Part shown: positions 19,471 through 31,333 of the stretch, piece by piece
Position numbering within the stretch: position 1 is the stretch's first letter
Layout of the letters: every line of letters starts with the position of its first letter
NCBI GenBank assembly: GCA_947457935.1
Contig: CANGXP010000005.1
Location: 2,511-66,510, forward strand
DNA length: 64,000 nt
Direction: 5' to 3'
From: Alphaproteobacteria bacterium
GTDB taxonomy: Bacteria > Pseudomonadota > Alphaproteobacteria > JAJTHO01 > CANGXP01
Program-made: the position numbers and the translations under genes
The notes under the pieces: model-generated
What the model saw: the letters and a program-made list of their open reading frames with translations, nothing else
The model's database searches: none
What the model was told of the DNA's origin: nothing

Positions 19471-19974
19471 ATGTTTTCCCGTTTTGCCGCTTTGTTGTTG
19501 GTCACCTTTTGTTTCTTGAGTGCCGCGCCTGCATTTGCCGAAAATGGCGCGGTGACAGGGTTGCCCCTACCCCGCTTTGCAACGCTTAAAAGTGAAGAAG
19601 TAAACGTGCGCACAGGCCCCGGAAAACGGTATCCTATTGATTGGATTTTCACGCGTGAAAACATGCCTGTAGAAATTGTGGCGGAATATGATGCTTGGCG
19701 CAAAATTCGCGACTGGCAAGGCGTTGAAGGCTGGGTGCATCAAGCGATGTTGTCTGGTCGTCGTTCCGTGTTAGTGACGCAAGACGGCTTTATGCTGCGC
19801 CGTGAACCCGCCTATAATGCCGCCCCTGTGGTGAAGTTAAAATCTACGCTCACAGGCGAATTAGAAACCTGCCAAAATGGGTGGTGTCAAATTAACGTAG
19901 CAGGTTTTAAGGGCTGGATTCACCATGACTATATCTGGGGTGTGAGTCAAGAAGAAGCCTTTAAGACGATGTAA
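19471..19974 (+). CDS. Secreted bacterial SH3-like (DUF1058) domain protein
   Basis: Signal peptide. Two SH3b-like halves with W/G-rich motifs (GWVHQAML, GWCQINVAGFKGWIHHDYIWG). Confidence 0.7.
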   Translation: MFSRFAALLLVTFCFLSAAPAFAENGAVTGLPLPRFATLKSEEVNVRTGPGKRYPIDWIFTRENMPVEIVAEYDAWRKIRDWQGVEGWVHQAMLSGRRSVLVTQDGFMLRREPAYNAAPVVKLKSTLTGELETCQNGWCQINVAGFKGWIHHDYIWGVSQEEAFKTM

Positions 19975-20028
19975 TACCATCACAAAAAATTCTTCAGGCA
20001 AAATCGCCACCCCTTCCCAGATAGGCTC

Positions 20029-20763
20029 TTAAAAAGGACAGGTTAGGACTTGCAGGGTATTTCTCGCTGGCATGTCAGTTTTCGCTAAGACAACGTAAAG
20101 TCGCTCCGCTGCATCATAATAGGGGCATATTTTGTAGTTACCCGCCTCAATATCGAGGCTACAGCAAGAGAGCGTATCAGAGAAAACATATATTTTCCCT
20201 GTGGTAACGCTGATAATTGCCGCGTCGAATGCCCCGACCATTTTACGGGCTTCTTTGTTGGGCAAAAGTGGTTCTGGCACATCAACCAGCAACAGTGTAA
20301 CGCTAAAAACACCATCTGCCCCCGTGTTCACCCGCAAAAATACCCCTTCATTAATAAGTTTGCAGGATGCATCATCATCAAGAGCAATCAGCCTCTCTTT
20401 ATCCAAAGCATCAGCGATTAAAAATGAACCCCTTTCCGTTTTAAGATTTTTTCTCAATTTTTGCTGAATAACAGGTTCCCTGCCAAATAATAAGAAGCTC
20501 TGCTTGGCTTGGGCACGGGTAAGAGCTTTTTGCAGCGTCGCTCTATCAATATTTTCGAAAGAGAGTTGCAGAATAGTTTTCAGGGCGCCAATATAAAATT
20601 CTAAAGGCTCAAGCGCTTCTTCCTTGGCGACAGCGGTAACAATATCATTGCCTACCGTACGGAAAAATTTAATTTTTTCTCGGGTCGGCATGCCGATGCT
20701 TTTTTGCCAGTCCGCTTTTATAGAGTCGTACGTTACGTTTTTAATATATTTATGATTCGGCAT
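20029..20763 (-). CDS. hypothetical protein (244 aa), last gene of the kinase/cyclase operon
   Basis: No recognisable domain. Only 32 nt separate it from the cyclase gene on the same strand. Confidence 0.45.
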   Translation of the reverse strand: MPNHKYIKNVTYDSIKADWQKSIGMPTREKIKFFRTVGNDIVTAVAKEEALEPLEFYIGALKTILQLSFENIDRATLQKALTRAQAKQSFLLFGREPVIQQKLRKNLKTERGSFLIADALDKERLIALDDDASCKLINEGVFLRVNTGADGVFSVTLLLVDVPEPLLPNKEARKMVGAFDAAIISVTTGKIYVFSDTLSCCSLDIEAGNYKICPYYDAAERLYVVLAKTDMPARNTLQVLTCPF

Positions 20764-20795
20764 ATGTTCCTCAAGGTGTGATTGTGATAAAGTAT

Positions 20796-22214
20796 CTATT
20801 CCCGCCGCAACGTATACACCTGTAAGCCATCCATCACCTCGCCATCCAGCGGCACACAGTCTCGCACATGGTCTTCATGCAGCGCCGCAATAGTTGATTC
20901 GAGGAGAATAATCGGGGCTTGGTGCTTTTTGCTCACGGGTTGCAGTTTGGCGGCTTGGTTCACGGCATCACCAATCACGGTATAATCCATTCGTTCGGGT
21001 GCACCAATATTGCCCGAAACAACAGTGCCGCTGGCCATACAAATGCCGATTCTAAGCGGCATGTTTATCTCTTGCCCCAGTGACTCCACCCGTTCTAAGA
21101 TGCGTTTAGCGGAAATGAGGGCGTTGTCCGCATCTTGCCCGCTGCTATAGGGCACACCGAATACGGCAAGCACGCCATCGCCCATAAATTTATCAATAAT
21201 CCCGTCATTACCCCGCACTATACGCACAATTTCTGTGAAATATAAATTCAAGATACGCACTGTCTCGCTTGCGCCTAATTGCCGCGTTAGCCCTGTGAAC
21301 CCGCGAATATCCGCAAATAAAATGGTCGCTTCCTGCTCAACACCGCCTAAACTGTTGGCATTTTCTGAGAGCATTTTATCCGCCACACCTCTGGGGAGAT
21401 AGCGCGAAAGCGTGATGCGTGACCGCCACAAGTCTGCATTGTTAAAGGCGGTTGAGGCAATAGTGGCGAGGGTTGCAACGCGTTGCAAATAAATGGTATC
21501 GAACGTGAAATCAGGCTGTAGGGACACGAGAAACAGGCATAAGCCGCTATCTACATGCAAGGGATAGCATAAGGAGGCGTGCCACGGCTCTGCCTCTTGT
21601 TGCTGGTTTAAAATGCGGGGTTTATCGGGGAGTATAATTTCTACCTGCTCCCCTGCTTGAAAGATGCCCGCACCTGCTAACACTGTTCCATCCCGCTGTA
21701 GCAACGCCACGCCATCCATGGCAGCAAAATAATTGATGAGTGTTTCCGCAATGTCTTTGTTATCAACCTGCCCAATAAACGCTTGCGCTGCTTTTAATAC
21801 CACCGCGCTTTCACGATATTGTGTGAGCATTTCCGTTGAAAGCTGCTGGCGCACTTGGTCTTGCGCCCAAATGTGCTGCAAGGTGCTGCCCACCAACGCA
21901 ACAAGCGCATCGAGTGCAGGCGAGAATTCTGCCGTTGCAAAGCACACTTCTAAGGATAGGTGTTGTTCCGCGTTAATCGGATAGGCAACACGATGCGCCA
22001 TGGGGAGGAACTTAGCCTCAGGGTATTGATAAATAACAATATCTCCATCTTGCACGCGGAATGTCACTTTATTATCGGCCGCATTGGCAGCAAGCAGCCA
22101 AAACTCCTCCTCCGCTAAGCGGCGACACAGTTTATACAACCGATGGACAAGGGTGCTTTTATGACGCACGGCGCAGCTCCTGTCTTGCCAGCGCGAGCAC
22201 TTTATCGGGGTCAA
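20796..22214 (-). CDS. Class III adenylate/guanylate cyclase with N-terminal GAF-like sensor region
   Basis: The C-terminal domain carries ILFADIRGFTGLT ... DKFMGDGVLAVFG ... PLRIGICMASGTVVSGNIG, a canonical class III cyclase catalytic core. The preceding ~280 aa are GAF-like. The annotated ATG overlaps the receiver gene by 56 nt, so the true start may be internal. Confidence 0.75.
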   Translation of the reverse strand: MTPIKCSRWQDRSCAVRHKSTLVHRLYKLCRRLAEEEFWLLAANAADNKVTFRVQDGDIVIYQYPEAKFLPMAHRVAYPINAEQHLSLEVCFATAEFSPALDALVALVGSTLQHIWAQDQVRQQLSTEMLTQYRESAVVLKAAQAFIGQVDNKDIAETLINYFAAMDGVALLQRDGTVLAGAGIFQAGEQVEIILPDKPRILNQQQEAEPWHASLCYPLHVDSGLCLFLVSLQPDFTFDTIYLQRVATLATIASTAFNNADLWRSRITLSRYLPRGVADKMLSENANSLGGVEQEATILFADIRGFTGLTRQLGASETVRILNLYFTEIVRIVRGNDGIIDKFMGDGVLAVFGVPYSSGQDADNALISAKRILERVESLGQEINMPLRIGICMASGTVVSGNIGAPERMDYTVIGDAVNQAAKLQPVSKKHQAPIILLESTIAALHEDHVRDCVPLDGEVMDGLQVYTLRRE

Positions 22215-22545
22215 ACGGCTTATTCAGATAAAAATGTGCGCCTGCCTCTACACTTGTTTGGTGCGCACTTTCTTCCCCGCGAGCAGTGAGAATTGCCACA
22301 ATGGTGTGCTGTAGATAGGGATTCTTACGAATGGCGGCGCACACTTCAAACCCTGATAAACGAGGCATCATCACATCGAGAAATACAAAATCAGGTGCAA
22401 TAATTTCTGCTAACTCCAAGCCCTCTTGCCCATCACTGGCGGTGACAATCCGCACGCCCTCCTCTTCCAACGGCTCAAGCGTTTGCTCCAGCAAAGCGCG
22501 GATGTATGCTTCATCTTCAACAATGAGAATGGTTTTAGGACTCAT
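22159..22545 (-). CDS. Single-domain response regulator (CheY-like receiver)
   Basis: 128 aa with IVEDEAYIR, the phospho-acceptor context FLDVMMP, and the conserved T/K (ILTARG...NKPF). No output domain. Confidence 0.85.
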   Translation of the reverse strand: MSPKTILIVEDEAYIRALLEQTLEPLEEEGVRIVTASDGQEGLELAEIIAPDFVFLDVMMPRLSGFEVCAAIRKNPYLQHTIVAILTARGEESAHQTSVEAGAHFYLNKPFDPDKVLALARQELRRAS

Positions 22546-24488
22546 GCTGTAGTCTCATTACATATGGTGTCATTAAGGGGTAAGGTGATGGTGAAGGTTG
22601 TGCCTTGCCCGAATACAGAATCAAGCGTTATCGTGCCTTTATAATGTTCCACAATTTGCCGCGAAATAGCAAGCCCCAGCCCTGTTCCTTTGGGCTTATT
22701 TTTCAGATTATCCTCATTAATACTGGCTTGCTGAAAACGCTTGAAAATTTTGTCAAAATCTTCCTCGCGAATACCCATGCCTGTATCCGTAATAGAACAA
22801 TACAGATGCGCTTCTGCAGCCCAACACTTTAATGTTACCGTGCCTGTATCCGTGAATTTTACCGCATTCACAAGAAGATTGATGAGCACTTGCTGGAGTC
22901 TATCGGGGTCAATCACAAGGGTGGGCAGTGTTTGGGGCAAATCGAGGACTAATTGCACTGTTGGTTTTTTGGCAAACTCTTCCGCTGTTGCTTGTTTCGT
23001 GAAGTGAATTACCTCTATGATATTCACCTGTTTGTCATTCCACGGCATTCTTCCTGCATCAATGCGTGCAACATCCAGCACATCATCAATCAGGCGATTG
23101 AGTCTATCTGTTTCTTTAATAATAATGTCCAAATTACTGATAATACGTTCACTTTTTTTATTAAGCCCCGCATAATTTTCCACAACAGGGGCGATGAAGC
23201 GGCTAAAGTCATCCGTAATGCGCCGTGAAAATCCATAGATAGTGGTGAGGGGCGTTTTCAATTCATGGGAAACCGACGAGACGAAATAATTTTTTGCTTG
23301 GGTTAATGCCAGCAATTTTTCATTGTTTTCTGCGGCAGCTTGCAAAGATTGCGATAACTGTTGCACCCCTTTATTAATTTCAACGATTTCTTCTAAGTTT
23401 CCTTCCGTACGCAACTGCGCACCAACAAACTGGTGTGTTGCAATACTTCGTAATGCACGGGCAGCTTTAACAATAGGTTGCACGACCTTCAGGCGAATCG
23501 TTAAACCCAACAGCAGAAAACCCGCTGCAAGCATGGAGAAAGCAACTTGGGTTTTTTTTAGGGTACTTTCTGCATTATTAGCGATTTTTGTTGCCCCCTC
23601 ACTCGCAAGTTGCGAGGCATTACTGGTGATGTCTCCCGCTATGAACGCAAGTGTTTCATTGATTGTTTTGAGGCGCACGGGTTTATTGGCTATTAATCTT
23701 AATACTTCACGTTGAATAACAAACAAAGAAGATAATTTCTTGTATTCAATAATTATTTTTCGTATTTCTTGGCGTTTTTCCCATGCAGGTAAATTATCAA
23801 CAAGTGCAACAGCAACTTCCAACAACCCATTGAAAAAACTTTCTTCATTGTATGTCTCTGCTAATGTTGCTGTTTCCTTTAAACTTGATAACCGTAGGCG
23901 CAACGATAAGAGCACATTTTTAAGTTGCGAGGCATAGAGGTACTCTTGCAGTGCATCTGCATCAGATTTTTTTGCTTGCTGCATTTTCTCTGACTTTTCT
24001 AGAATTAACTTCGTTAGCACTGTGTTCGCTTGATAGAGTGAGAGATCTGCGCCCCGCACCTTATTCAAAATTTCCGTTCTGTTTTTTTGAATAGCATCCT
24101 TCTCCTCTTTCAGGAGGCTAATTTCCTTAAAAACACTGTCAAAACCCTTTTGCATGAGAGGGGGGGTGTTTTCTTTGAGTGTTTCTGTCAAGGCGAGTGC
24201 CTTTAGCAAGGCTTCATCCCTTGCCTTAACTGTATCTGATTCCGACATGATATTACTAAACAAACCAAGCTGACGTACCTGTAATGCTTTTTCGTGTTGC
24301 TTTAATGCCTCAGGAATAATATCGGTGCGGGTTTTTTGTGCAAGCTGTGTAAGATTTTGTAAATCCAACGCAATAATCATCGACACGGCAATAATGAACA
24401 AGAAGGCAAGTGCCGTCACCCCGTAGGCAAGGTTTTTCAAACTTAAAGGGGGAGCTTTGCGCTCTGTCTCTTCAAAACTTTGTATCAT
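22542..24488 (-). CDS. Sensor histidine kinase with large periplasmic helical sensor domain
   Basis: Two TM segments flank a roughly 280-aa helical extracytoplasmic region. HisKA H-box (SSVSHELKTPLTTI) and HATPase_c motifs (GTGLGLAISRQIVE ... GQGTTFTITLP). AT-rich gene. Confidence 0.85.
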   Translation of the reverse strand: MIQSFEETERKAPPLSLKNLAYGVTALAFLFIIAVSMIIALDLQNLTQLAQKTRTDIIPEALKQHEKALQVRQLGLFSNIMSESDTVKARDEALLKALALTETLKENTPPLMQKGFDSVFKEISLLKEEKDAIQKNRTEILNKVRGADLSLYQANTVLTKLILEKSEKMQQAKKSDADALQEYLYASQLKNVLLSLRLRLSSLKETATLAETYNEESFFNGLLEVAVALVDNLPAWEKRQEIRKIIIEYKKLSSLFVIQREVLRLIANKPVRLKTINETLAFIAGDITSNASQLASEGATKIANNAESTLKKTQVAFSMLAAGFLLLGLTIRLKVVQPIVKAARALRSIATHQFVGAQLRTEGNLEEIVEINKGVQQLSQSLQAAAENNEKLLALTQAKNYFVSSVSHELKTPLTTIYGFSRRITDDFSRFIAPVVENYAGLNKKSERIISNLDIIIKETDRLNRLIDDVLDVARIDAGRMPWNDKQVNIIEVIHFTKQATAEEFAKKPTVQLVLDLPQTLPTLVIDPDRLQQVLINLLVNAVKFTDTGTVTLKCWAAEAHLYCSITDTGMGIREEDFDKIFKRFQQASINEDNLKNKPKGTGLGLAISRQIVEHYKGTITLDSVFGQGTTFTITLPLNDTICNETTA

Positions 24489-24584
24489 GTCGCTAAAGTC
24501 TCACAAAACCTTTAACAAAGCAACAAAGAGGTGATACACGTCACATAGAGGGCTTATAAACATCAAGCAGTCAGTTAGTAAGAA

Positions 24585-24625
24585 ATAAGGGCTTACGCGA
24601 GAAAATGATACGCATAAGCCCTGCA
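24585..24625 (-). terminator. Candidate terminator hairpin between small ORF 24646-24906 and the kinase operon
   Basis: AGGGCTTACGCG ... CGCATAAGCCCT forms a 12-bp stem (11 of 12 paired) downstream of the minus-strand ORF, followed by a T-rich tract on that strand. Confidence 0.35.
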
Positions 24626-24645
24626 ATTAAATTTTTTATTATCTA

Positions 24646-24906
24646 CTATTTTATAGCGGTGTTAGAAAACAGTTGCATGACCATTTGCATCGCACTTCCT
24701 TGCACTTGTTGCTTAAGATTTTTTGGCAAAGGAACAACAGATACGTCGCCATACCCTGAATGAGACTCTAAATGCCCTTCTGAAGTAAAACGCACAGTTG
24801 CGTTTTTGCCAACATTATCAGGATCAAATGCTCTGATTTGGCTTGTGATTTTTTCCGCCACACTTGCGTCAATTTTAATTCCCTGCTTGTCAAATAAGTT
24901 TATCAC
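24646..24906 (-). CDS. hypothetical small protein
   Basis: 86-aa ORF with no motif recognised. Confidence 0.3.
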   Translation of the reverse strand: MINLFDKQGIKIDASVAEKITSQIRAFDPDNVGKNATVRFTSEGHLESHSGYGDVSVVPLPKNLKQQVQGSAMQMVMQLFSNTAIK

Positions 24907-25038
24907 AGCAACATTAAGAACCAGTCATCTAAAAAATTTTAGGAAATAGCAGGCGGAATTTTTGTCGGATTACGAGGAGCGAGGATTGCGTGTTCTTTGT
25001 TGTGTTGAGAAAAATATCTTTTGGTATAGTCTCTAAAG

Positions 25039-25752
25039 ATGCTCAAAAAAATTCTCGCTGCCCTGTTACTCTGCACTGGCTTTTGTACGCTCCTTTTTTT
25101 GGGAACGTGGCAACTGCAACGCCTACACTGGAAAGAGGGCTTGATTGCCCAACAACAAACGGCACAACAAACAACACCGTTGTCGCTGGAAAAACTCGTG
25201 ACGTTACCTGAGGACGCACAGCGATTCCGCACCATTCGCCTTGAGGGGCAATTTTTGCCTGAAAAGCGGTTGCTATTGGGGATTCGTGCGTTTGAGGGGA
25301 AATCAGGCTATTATAGTGTTATCCCGTTTAAAATTAGCGATGGCGAGTTTAAGGGCACACATATTCTCGTTACGCTCGGCTGGCTGCCATTTGAAACAGC
25401 AAAAAATTGGCAACCACCTGAGATTTTCAACACTTCGGTAGAAATAACGGCTGTAACGCGTCCTGCCGTTGTGCCAACATGGCTGACGCCCACCAACAAA
25501 CCTGATAAGGGCGAGTGGTATAGCCTCTATATTCCAGAAATTGCCAGTTTTTATGGGTTAAAGCCGTTTTTGCCGTTTTCCGCGCAACTCACGCAACCGT
25601 TGGAAGACATTACCCAACAAATGCCGCTGATTCTGCCACAACAACTTGAGTTAACTAACAACCACCTGCAATATGCAATAACGTGGTACACATCGGCAGG
25701 CATTATGATAATCATGACTTTTTTCTTGGTAAGACGTTCGAATGCTCGCTAA
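25039..25752 (+). CDS. SURF1-family cytochrome oxidase assembly protein
   Basis: N-terminal TM with GTWQLQRLHWKEGLI. C-terminal TM with LQYAITWYTSAG. Confidence 0.8.
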   Translation: MLKKILAALLLCTGFCTLLFLGTWQLQRLHWKEGLIAQQQTAQQTTPLSLEKLVTLPEDAQRFRTIRLEGQFLPEKRLLLGIRAFEGKSGYYSVIPFKISDGEFKGTHILVTLGWLPFETAKNWQPPEIFNTSVEITAVTRPAVVPTWLTPTNKPDKGEWYSLYIPEIASFYGLKPFLPFSAQLTQPLEDITQQMPLILPQQLELTNNHLQYAITWYTSAGIMIIMTFFLVRRSNAR

Positions 25753-26503
25753 AATCCGCTATCTTTACACAAGCCACGACCGCAAAGCACAACAATTTCG
25801 CTATGTGTTGCTTGCGTTGGATGCCTTAAGCATCGCGTTTTTTATTATTTCTTCTTTTTATTTCGGGCATCCGCTTGTTGAAAATATTGACAAGATTTTG
25901 GGCGCGTACATTGCGCTAGACCTTGCAGCGCGTTTTGTTGCCGAGGGGTGCGAGCGACGGTTTTTCCTCAGAATTTTCACTATTCTTGATATTCTTGTGA
26001 TTATTTCTTGTTTCGCCCCCCAAGAGGGGCATTATCTTGCTTTTCTGCGCGCTTTTGCCATTACGCGCCTGTTTCGCTCTTATTGCGTGCTGCATCGGCT
26101 CCGCAACGATGTGCCGTATTTTAAGAAGAACGAGGATACTGTTGTTAATGCTATCAACCTGATAATTTTTATTTTTGTGATGACGGAGATTGTGCTGCAA
26201 ACACAAATCGGCAGAAACCCGCATATCAATCACTTTATTGATGCACTCTATTTCACCATCACCACCCTCACCACCACGGGCTTTGGTGATATTACGTTGC
26301 AAGGAACGGATGGGCGGGTGCTGGCGATCATTACCATGATTTGCGGGGTTACCTTATTTTTACGGCTCATTCGCAGTTTAATCCGCCCGAATAAAGTGTA
26401 TTTCCCCTGCTCTTCTTGCGGATTATATTTGCATGACCGCGACGCGGTGCATTGCAAACATTGCGGGATTACGCTAAATATTCCTGATGAAGGACACGTA
26501 TAA
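25742..26503 (+). CDS. Voltage-sensor-type K+ channel homologue with C-terminal zinc ribbon
   Basis: S4-like helix with Arg every third residue (LAFLRAFAITRLFRSYCVLHRLR). Pore helix and selectivity filter TLTTTGFGD. C-terminal CSSC...CKHC ribbon. The start overlaps the SURF1 stop by 11 nt. Confidence 0.65.
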   Translation: MLAKIRYLYTSHDRKAQQFRYVLLALDALSIAFFIISSFYFGHPLVENIDKILGAYIALDLAARFVAEGCERRFFLRIFTILDILVIISCFAPQEGHYLAFLRAFAITRLFRSYCVLHRLRNDVPYFKKNEDTVVNAINLIIFIFVMTEIVLQTQIGRNPHINHFIDALYFTITTLTTTGFGDITLQGTDGRVLAIITMICGVTLFLRLIRSLIRPNKVYFPCSSCGLYLHDRDAVHCKHCGITLNIPDEGHV

Positions 26504-26584
26504 AAACCTTGTTCTCTCGTATCATCCGCTCTATATGATTTTGTGCATTGCGTGGTGCGTGCGCTCTTATAATGCAGTATCCAT

Positions 26585-27442
26585 ATGAAAATTAAAAGTT
26601 TTTGCTTTTTTGCATTGTTGTTTGTGGTGGCGATGCAAGCCGTTGCTGTTGCCGCTGTGCCACAGCCGTGGGGTATAAATTTTCAACCCTCCGCCTCTCC
26701 TGTGCAGGAAGAAATTCATAAGTTTCACAATCTGTTATTGTGGATTATCGTTCCTATTGTTTTATTCGTTACGGGACTATTGCTCTATGTGATGCTGCGC
26801 TTTAATGCGAAACGCAATCCCGTTGCCTCCAAAACCTCGCACAACACGCTGATTGAAATTATCTGGACTGCGATTCCTGTGTTGATTTTGGTGGTGATTG
26901 CCGTCCCATCTTTCCGTTTACTGTATTTTGAAGGCAAAGTTGTTGACCCTGAAATGACCGTAAAGGTAACAGGGCATCAATGGTATTGGCAGTATACCTA
27001 CCCCGATCATGGCGATATTGATTTTGATTCGAACATGATTGCGGACAAAGATTTAAAACCAGAACAGTGGTCAAACCGCTTGCTGGAAGTAGATAACCAG
27101 ATGGTTGTGCCCGTTGATACTAACATTCGGATTATCAGCACCGCAGCGGATGTGTTGCACAGTTGGGCTGTTCCCTCACTCGGTGTGAAAAAAGACAGCG
27201 TACCTGGTCGCCTCAATGAAACATGGTTTAAAGCCTCCAAAGAAGGGGTTTATTACGGTCAATGCTCAGAAATTTGCGGTGTGGGGCATGGATTTATGCC
27301 CATTGCTGTTAACGTTGTTTCGAAAGACGCTTTTACCGCATGGGTGAAAGCAAAGGGTGGCACCATGGAGAAGAAAGTTACTGTTGTGCCTGTTGATACA
27401 AAGGCTGAGAAAACGGCAGTTGCTACCCCTGCGCAAAAATAA
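26585..27442 (+). CDS. coxB: Cytochrome c oxidase subunit II
   Basis: Signal/TM region, CuA centre motif (HSWAVPSLGVKKD ... CSEICGVGHGFM). Confidence 0.95.
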   Translation: MKIKSFCFFALLFVVAMQAVAVAAVPQPWGINFQPSASPVQEEIHKFHNLLLWIIVPIVLFVTGLLLYVMLRFNAKRNPVASKTSHNTLIEIIWTAIPVLILVVIAVPSFRLLYFEGKVVDPEMTVKVTGHQWYWQYTYPDHGDIDFDSNMIADKDLKPEQWSNRLLEVDNQMVVPVDTNIRIISTAADVLHSWAVPSLGVKKDSVPGRLNETWFKASKEGVYYGQCSEICGVGHGFMPIAVNVVSKDAFTAWVKAKGGTMEKKVTVVPVDTKAEKTAVATPAQK

Positions 27443-29083
<1,641 letters not shown>

Positions 29084-29090
29084 GACAACA

Positions 29091-29122
29091 AAAGCCTCTT
29101 ATGAAAATAAGAGGCTTTTTTG
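29091..29122 (+). terminator. Rho-independent terminator after coxA
   Basis: AAGCCTCTTA-tgaaaa-TAAGAGGCTT followed by TTTTTT. Confidence 0.6.
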
Positions 29123-29176
29123 TGGGGTGCCACAAACACCCTCTTGACAAAACTACTGGATAGCAGTATATATTAT

Positions 29177-29482
29177 ATGTCTGATGATATTCTTTTCGAG
29201 TGGGATGCACAAAAGGCTCTCAGCAATTTGCAAAAGCATGGTGTGTCTTTTGAATTTGCGATGGGTGCATTTTGTGACCACTTTGCCGTTGAAATACAGG
29301 ATAATCGGGTTGATTATGGCGAGCGGCGCATTAACCGACTGGGGTTATGGGATGGTGTCATCTTGCATGTAACATATACGCAGCGTGAAGAAAAAATCCG
29401 CCTTATTTCCGCCAGAAGGGCAGCACAGCATGAACGAGACTATTATTACAGCCAGAATGCAGCAGAACGGCACGATTATTAA
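29177..29482 (+). CDS. brnT: BrnT-family (DUF497) ribonuclease toxin
   Basis: MSDDILFEWDAQKALSNLQKHGVSFEFA ... VILHVTYTQREEKIRLISARRA is the characteristic DUF497/BrnT sequence. Confidence 0.7.
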   Translation: MSDDILFEWDAQKALSNLQKHGVSFEFAMGAFCDHFAVEIQDNRVDYGERRINRLGLWDGVILHVTYTQREEKIRLISARRAAQHERDYYYSQNAAERHDY

Positions 29483-29813
29483 CTATGCAGCAAACGGGGA
29501 GGCAATGCCCTTTTTTGTGCCGCCCCTTCGAGAAATGACAGAGGCAGACATTATTGCTGCTGCAAAAAGTGATGCGGATGCACAGCCGTGGACACAAGAA
29601 GCTTTAGAAGCTGCGCCAAAAATTTCCCGCCTTGCACAATTGCGCCGCAACCTCCATCTTACCCAAGAAGGATTTTCGTCGCGCTATCGCATTCCGCTTG
29701 GCACGCTGCGCGATTGGGAGCAAGGACGCAGCATCCCTGACCAAACAGCGCGGGCGTATTTAACCGCGATTGCCGCTGCCCCTGAGGTGATTGCAACAGC
29801 GTTGCAGGGGTGA
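29430..29813 (+). CDS. brnA: BrnA-type HTH antitoxin
   Basis: Overlaps the 3' end of brnT. C-terminal HTH (LRRNLHLTQEGFSSRYRIPLGTLRDWEQGRSIP). The start is uncertain, with an alternative at 29385. Confidence 0.55.
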   Translation: MNETIITARMQQNGTIINYAANGEAMPFFVPPLREMTEADIIAAAKSDADAQPWTQEALEAAPKISRLAQLRRNLHLTQEGFSSRYRIPLGTLRDWEQGRSIPDQTARAYLTAIAAAPEVIATALQG

Positions 29814-29888
29814 TTCTTTTCTAACCTGAATTTTCACCCTCCCCCTTGCCTTTCTCCCGCAACCTGTTAAAGATTTTTTAACAGGTAA

Positions 29889-30890
<1,002 letters not shown>

Positions 30891-30940
30891 AGTTCGTGCC
30901 GCGCAAAAGAACATCTGCCTTGCGCATTTGTCTCTTTAAA

Positions 30941-31333
30941 ATGACATCTCATCCCTTTTTTCGCTTCCTCCTTGTTGGTAGCGCCGCGTTTGTGGCGGAT
31001 ATTGTTTATACAAAAGCGCTGCTATTATTTGCTGTGCCGATTGTGCCGCTGCGCGTCAGCTCCTTTCTGATATTTTCCGCGCTGGTGTGGTATGCCAACA
31101 GAACGTATAGTTTTCAGGTCAAAACACCCCCAACATGCAGAGAATACTTGAAGTTCATGGCATCTGCAAGCGTAGGCGGGGCGGTGAATGTTGCGGTGTC
31201 CAGCTATGTTTTACACACCTATACCACCCTGCCCTTCCCTACCACGCTTGCCATTGCAGCAGGGGTGGCGAGTGGCATGGTGTTTAATTTTATGGCGATG
31301 CGCTATGTGGTGTGGGGAAAAGAAAAGAGTTAG
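30941..31333 (+). CDS. GtrA-family membrane protein
   Basis: Four-TM small protein (FFRFLLVGSAAFVADIVYTKAL ... FNFMAMRYVVWGK) typical of GtrA-like proteins. An alternative upstream start exists at 30896. Confidence 0.55.
   Translation: MTSHPFFRFLLVGSAAFVADIVYTKALLLFAVPIVPLRVSSFLIFSALVWYANRTYSFQVKTPPTCREYLKFMASASVGGAVNVAVSSYVLHTYTTLPFPTTLAIAAGVASGMVFNFMAMRYVVWGKEKS

Noticed and set aside
22605-23937. Several plus-strand ORFs of 65-130 aa inside the histidine kinase gene
   Set aside because: They are antisense to a long, motif-supported CDS and are AT-rich frame artefacts.
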